A stretch of DNA of 64,000 nucleotides from an uncultured delta proteobacterium. GTDB lineage: Bacteria > Myxococcota > Kuafuiibacteriia > Kuafuiibacteriales > Kuafuiibacteriaceae. The position numbers and the translations under genes are program-made. Below, piece by piece: positions 60,289-64,000 of the stretch (the stretch's first letter is position 1; every line of letters starts with the position of its first letter). Below the pieces are notes generated by a model. The model did not search any database. It was not told the origin of the DNA and saw only the letters and a list, made by a program, of their open reading frames with translations. The stretch is taken from positions 1,024,001 to 1,088,000 of the forward strand of contig CAWDML010000009.1 in NCBI GenBank assembly GCA_963803435.1. The letters are read 5' to 3'.

Positions 60289-62241
60289 ATGCGTGTTCCC
60301 AGCCTCGCCGCGTTGATGCTCGTGCTCCCCGGGGCGGCCTTCGCCCAGACGAAGCCGATCATCACGATCAGCAACATCCCGCAGCAAGACCAGCAGCTGA
60401 ACACCGACGAGGTCACCGCGGACGCGCCGATCCAGCTGAGCTGGTCGGCCGACGTTCCGGTCCTGCAGAGCTATCGCTACGAGATCACGTACGACAATCC
60501 GCGCGACATCCAGGCCAACAACGACCCCGAGCTGGTGGTCCTCGACAACACGCCGGACGCCGGCCGCAACATGGGCGTGGTGACGACCGGGCAGACGTAC
60601 ATCCTCAAGATCCGCCCCAGCCAGATCGTCCGGGCGGTCGACCTGCCCTCGAACAACCCACCCCTCGACCTCGACAATCAGCCCGAGCAGCGGAGCATCG
60701 TGGTGCAGGTCTTCATCCCCGGGCAGGAGGGGGACGATCTGAGCGCGGCCAGCCAGTCGTGGACGTTCGAATACGACACCCGGCCGCCGCCGCCGCCGGA
60801 GCTCCGCCAGGTCTTTCCAGGGGAGAACCGGGTGCTGGTGAAGTGGCGCGCGCCCGAGAGCGACGGCGACGTCCAGAGCTGGGAGGTGGTCTACTGCCCG
60901 AACGGCTCCGGCGCCGAGGTCCTGACCACCACCACCGCCACCTCCGGCTACGACATCGCCGGGCTCCCGTGCGAGGCGAAGGCGCAGAAGACCCAGATGG
61001 CGAGCCTGAGCGTCACCGAGCTGGCGGTCTCCGACGGCGTCGCCAACGGCGTGCCGGTGGCGGTGGCCGTGCGATCGGTCGACGACTTCGGCAACCGGGG
61101 CCCGCTCTCCAACGCCCGGCTCCAGACACCCGCCGAGACCACGGACTTCTGGGAGCTCTATCAGGAGCTCGGCGGACAGGAGGACGGCGGCTTCTGCTTC
61201 GTGGCCACCGCCGCCACCGGCTCGTACTCGCACCCGATGGTGCGCGTGCTCCGGCTGTTCCGCGACCGCGTCCTCAAGGCGAGCTACGCCGGCACCGGCC
61301 TGGTGTGGGCCTACTATCGCTGGTCGCCGCCGGCGGCCCGCCTGCTGGCGAGGAGCGCGCGCGCGCGGGTCCTCGCCCGGGTGGCCCTGACGCCGATCGC
61401 GCTCTTCGCGCTGCTCTGGACCGTCCTTCCGCTCCTCGGGCTGCTCGTCCTGATCGGGCTGCTCGCCCGCAAGCTCAAGAGAAAGACGGCGCCCATCGCG
61501 GGCGCGGTGGCGCTCCTCCTGATCCTCCCGGCGGCGGCGGAGGCGGCCAAGCCGATGCGGGCGGAGCCGACCGGGCCGCTGGGCTTCGGCTTCGAGTTCA
61601 AGGGCGGGCCCTACCTCCCCGACATGGGTCGCGCCGGCGGCGGCAGCGACGGCAACACGGCGTTCGTCCGCATCTTCGGGTCCGAGGCCAACGCGCTCTA
61701 TCAGCTCGCGTTCGACGTGCAGGTCTACCGCGGCTTCGGCACCGCCGGCATCGGGGGCAGCTTCGGATTCATGCAGTTCGTGGGGAAGGGCGTCTTCGGG
61801 GTCTCGGAGAACAAATCGCTCGACACCACCGTCTTCAACATCCTGCCCCTCACGCTGGTGGCCTTCTATCGCTTCGACTGGCTGGCGGACCACAGCCCGG
61901 TCCCGCTGGTCCCGTACGTGCGCGGCGGCCTCGCGTACGACTTCTGGTGGGTCACGAACGGGACGGGGCACGTCTCGCGCTTCAGGGGCGACGAGGCCGA
62001 CAACCCGGACGACGACCTGCCCGGACGCGGCGGCAAGATCGGCCTGACCGGCACCGCAGGCCTCGCGCTGATGCTCAACCACCTGGAGCCCTCGTCGGCG
62101 ATCAGCCTCCACAACAGCACGGGGATCCGCGGCACCTACCTGTTCGCGGAGGTCGAGGCCTCGAAGGTCGACGGCTTCAAGAAGTCGGGCTTCGATCTCT
62201 CCGAGCTCACCTGGAACATCGGCCTCTATCTCGAGTTTTGA
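60289..62241 (+). CDS. FN3-like domain + CFI-box-CTERM + MXAN_2562-like outer-membrane beta-barrel in one ORF
   Basis: Signal peptide AFA; DTRPPPPP FN3-like region; GFCFVATAA.GS..HP.V..LR.FRD; barrel ending GLYLEF. Confidence 0.8.
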   Translation: MRVPSLAALMLVLPGAAFAQTKPIITISNIPQQDQQLNTDEVTADAPIQLSWSADVPVLQSYRYEITYDNPRDIQANNDPELVVLDNTPDAGRNMGVVTTGQTYILKIRPSQIVRAVDLPSNNPPLDLDNQPEQRSIVVQVFIPGQEGDDLSAASQSWTFEYDTRPPPPPELRQVFPGENRVLVKWRAPESDGDVQSWEVVYCPNGSGAEVLTTTTATSGYDIAGLPCEAKAQKTQMASLSVTELAVSDGVANGVPVAVAVRSVDDFGNRGPLSNARLQTPAETTDFWELYQELGGQEDGGFCFVATAATGSYSHPMVRVLRLFRDRVLKASYAGTGLVWAYYRWSPPAARLLARSARARVLARVALTPIALFALLWTVLPLLGLLVLIGLLARKLKRKTAPIAGAVALLLILPAAAEAAKPMRAEPTGPLGFGFEFKGGPYLPDMGRAGGGSDGNTAFVRIFGSEANALYQLAFDVQVYRGFGTAGIGGSFGFMQFVGKGVFGVSENKSLDTTVFNILPLTLVAFYRFDWLADHSPVPLVPYVRGGLAYDFWWVTNGTGHVSRFRGDEADNPDDDLPGRGGKIGLTGTAGLALMLNHLEPSSAISLHNSTGIRGTYLFAEVEASKVDGFKKSGFDLSELTWNIGLYLEF

Positions 62242-63035
62242 CCCGCACGATCCGCCTGGTCGTCGAGTACGACGGCACCGCCTTCTCCGGCTGGCAGGAG
62301 CAGGAGGCAGGCCGCTCCACGGTGCAAGGCGCCTTGCAGGACGCCGTCCATGGGATGACCAAGGAGCGGGTCCGGGTGCGCGGTGCGAGCCGCACCGACT
62401 CGGGCGTGCACGCACGCGGTCAGGTGGCGGCGTTCGACACCGAGAACGAGCGCATCCCGGCCCATGGGTTCGAGCGCGGTCTCGGCCAGCACCTGCCGGA
62501 GGGCGTGGCGATCCGACGGGCGGAGGAGGTCGAGACCGGCTGGAACCCGCGGTTCGCCTCCCGCGGCAAGCGGTACTGCTACACCTACTGGAACGACCGG
62601 CAGCCGAGCGCGCTCGAGCGCTTCCGCGCCTGGCACGTGCGCCGTCCGCTCGACCTCACCGCGATGGCGGCGGCGGCGCAGCATCTGGTAGGCACGCACG
62701 ACTTCGAGGCGTTTCGCAGCGCCGCCTGCTCGGCGAAGCACGCGGTCCGCACGCTGTACCAGGTGAACGTTCGGCGCGGGGACTACGCGCGCCTGCACCT
62801 CGACGTGGTCGGGAACGCCTTCGTGCGCAACATGGTCCGGATCATCGCGGGGAACCTCAAGGAGGTCGGCGAGGGCAGCCTGTCGCCGGAGGGCCTGCGC
62901 GCGATCCTGGAGTCGCGGGACCGCACGAAGGGCGGGGTGACCGCGCCGCCCTGGGGGCTCTGCCTCGAGGAGGTCATCTTCGATGAGCGCTTGCCGCCCC
63001 GCCCGAACAACGATCAGGATCTGGGCGAGGATTGA
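62238..63035 (+). CDS. truA: tRNA pseudouridine(38-40) synthase
   Basis: EYDGTAFSGWQ, ASRTDSGVHA.GQ, GTHDF..F, F...MVR. Confidence 0.96.
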   Translation: MTRTIRLVVEYDGTAFSGWQEQEAGRSTVQGALQDAVHGMTKERVRVRGASRTDSGVHARGQVAAFDTENERIPAHGFERGLGQHLPEGVAIRRAEEVETGWNPRFASRGKRYCYTYWNDRQPSALERFRAWHVRRPLDLTAMAAAAQHLVGTHDFEAFRSAACSAKHAVRTLYQVNVRRGDYARLHLDVVGNAFVRNMVRIIAGNLKEVGEGSLSPEGLRAILESRDRTKGGVTAPPWGLCLEEVIFDERLPPRPNNDQDLGED

Positions 63036-63760
63036 TCCGATCGATCTACAACGCCCTCGCGATCGCGCTCCTCACCGCGATCTGGTCCATCGCGGCGCTG
63101 CTCGCGCTGCCGTTCGGCCCCGGGGTGGTGCTGAGGATCGCGCAGATCTGGTCGAGGCAGGTGCTGTTCGCCTGCGGTGTGAAGGTCGAGTGCGGCCCGC
63201 CGCCGGAGCCGCTGGACGCGCCGGCGTATCTGGTGCTGTCGAACCACACCAGCCACTTCGACGCGCTCTCGATCTACGCGACGCTGCCGATCGCAGGGAT
63301 CCGACCGGTGGCCAAGCGGGAGCTCGGCTTCATCCCGCTGTTCGGCTGGGCGCTGGCGCTGGGCGCCGCGATCATGATCGACCGGCGTGATCCCGCGAAG
63401 GCCGTGGCCTCGATCGAGCGTGCGGCCGCGGTGATCCGCGGCGGTCGGTCGGTGCTGATGTTCCCGGAGGGCACCCGGACGCCGCAGGGATCGCTGGGGC
63501 CGCTCAAGAAGGGCCCGTTTCACCTCGCGGTCGCGTCGAAGGTCCCCATCGTTCCGATCGCGTTGTACGGGACCGGCGACGTCCTTCGGGCGGGGGACTG
63601 GCGGATCCATCCCGGTCGGGTGGTGCTCCGGATCGGGCGGCCCATCCCGACGGCCGACCGCGGGGAAGGGGAAGCCGCGAGGGCATCCCTGATAGTCGAC
63701 GTGGAGCACGGGCTGCGGGCCCTCATGGAGGAGGCCGAAGCGATTGGGAAATCCGCTTGA
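63032..63760 (+). CDS. plsC: 1-acyl-sn-glycerol-3-phosphate acyltransferase
   Basis: NHTSHFD, AKREL, IDR, FPEGTR. Confidence 0.88.
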   Translation: MIRSIYNALAIALLTAIWSIAALLALPFGPGVVLRIAQIWSRQVLFACGVKVECGPPPEPLDAPAYLVLSNHTSHFDALSIYATLPIAGIRPVAKRELGFIPLFGWALALGAAIMIDRRDPAKAVASIERAAAVIRGGRSVLMFPEGTRTPQGSLGPLKKGPFHLAVASKVPIVPIALYGTGDVLRAGDWRIHPGRVVLRIGRPIPTADRGEGEAARASLIVDVEHGLRALMEEAEAIGKSA

Positions 63761-63785
63761 CAGCCCCGCTTACGGCCCATAGAAG
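63757..63785 (+). promoter_or_regulatory. Sigma70-type promoter of rplM
   Basis: TTGACA-N17-TAGAAG. Confidence 0.55.
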
Positions 63786-63796
63786 CCGATGTCCCT

Positions 63797-64000
63797 ATGG
63801 CTGGCATCGTCAATCTGCGCGCGACCAAGCACTTCACCAGCACCGATCACGAGCGCAAGTGGCTCTTGATCGATGCGGAAGGCCAGACGCTCGGTCGCCT
63901 CGCGAGCCGGATCTCCATGATCCTCCGCGGGAAGCACAAGCCCACCTTCACGCCGCATGATGATGTCGGTGACTTCGTCGTGGTCGTCAACGCAGAGAAG
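63797..64000 (+). CDS. rplM: 50S ribosomal protein L13 (partial, runs off the window)
   Basis: [45 protein letters not shown]; not in the ORF track. Confidence 0.97.
   Translation, partial: MAGIVNLRATKHFTSTDHERKWLLIDAEGQTLGRLASRISMILRGKHKPTFTPHDDVGDFVVVVNAEK

Overview
High-GC bacterial chromosome segment that looks like Myxococcota (Hanks kinases with PEGA domains, Pph1-like phosphatase, MglA-like GTPase, ECF/FecR cassettes, no dxr in the pyrH-frr-uppS-cdsA-rseP cluster). Bases 1-13430 are accessory DNA ending at a minus-strand tRNA-Glu(TTC) at 13433-13506. This part holds an ECF42-type sigma/YciI/VOC operon, an ECF-FecR-lipoprotein cassette with a duplicated ECF promoter, and a small integrative element. 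The element's large serine recombinase is split by an IS1380, runs through its own att core and stops on the antisense strand of the tRNA. A second att core and a recombinase relic at about 8620-8780 suggest tandem island accretion. Bases 13547-36347 are a signalling region with three Ser/Thr kinases, PEGA proteins, Cys-rich lipoproteins, PP2C, an ECF sigma, an apparently inactive MltG, an ABC-2 exporter, PrkA/YeaG and YeaH. Core genes follow: glnD, gdh, ppk1, dinG, lon, treS, pyrD, an MglA-like GTPase with a PocR histidine kinase, pyrH, frr, uppS, cdsA, rseP, tsaB, an Asd/Usg-like gene, a possible polyprotein, truA, plsC and the start of rplM. Many single-base indels break conserved genes and are probably sequencing or assembly errors. 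No CRISPR array or rRNA was seen. All family calls come from recognising motifs by eye, not from database searches.
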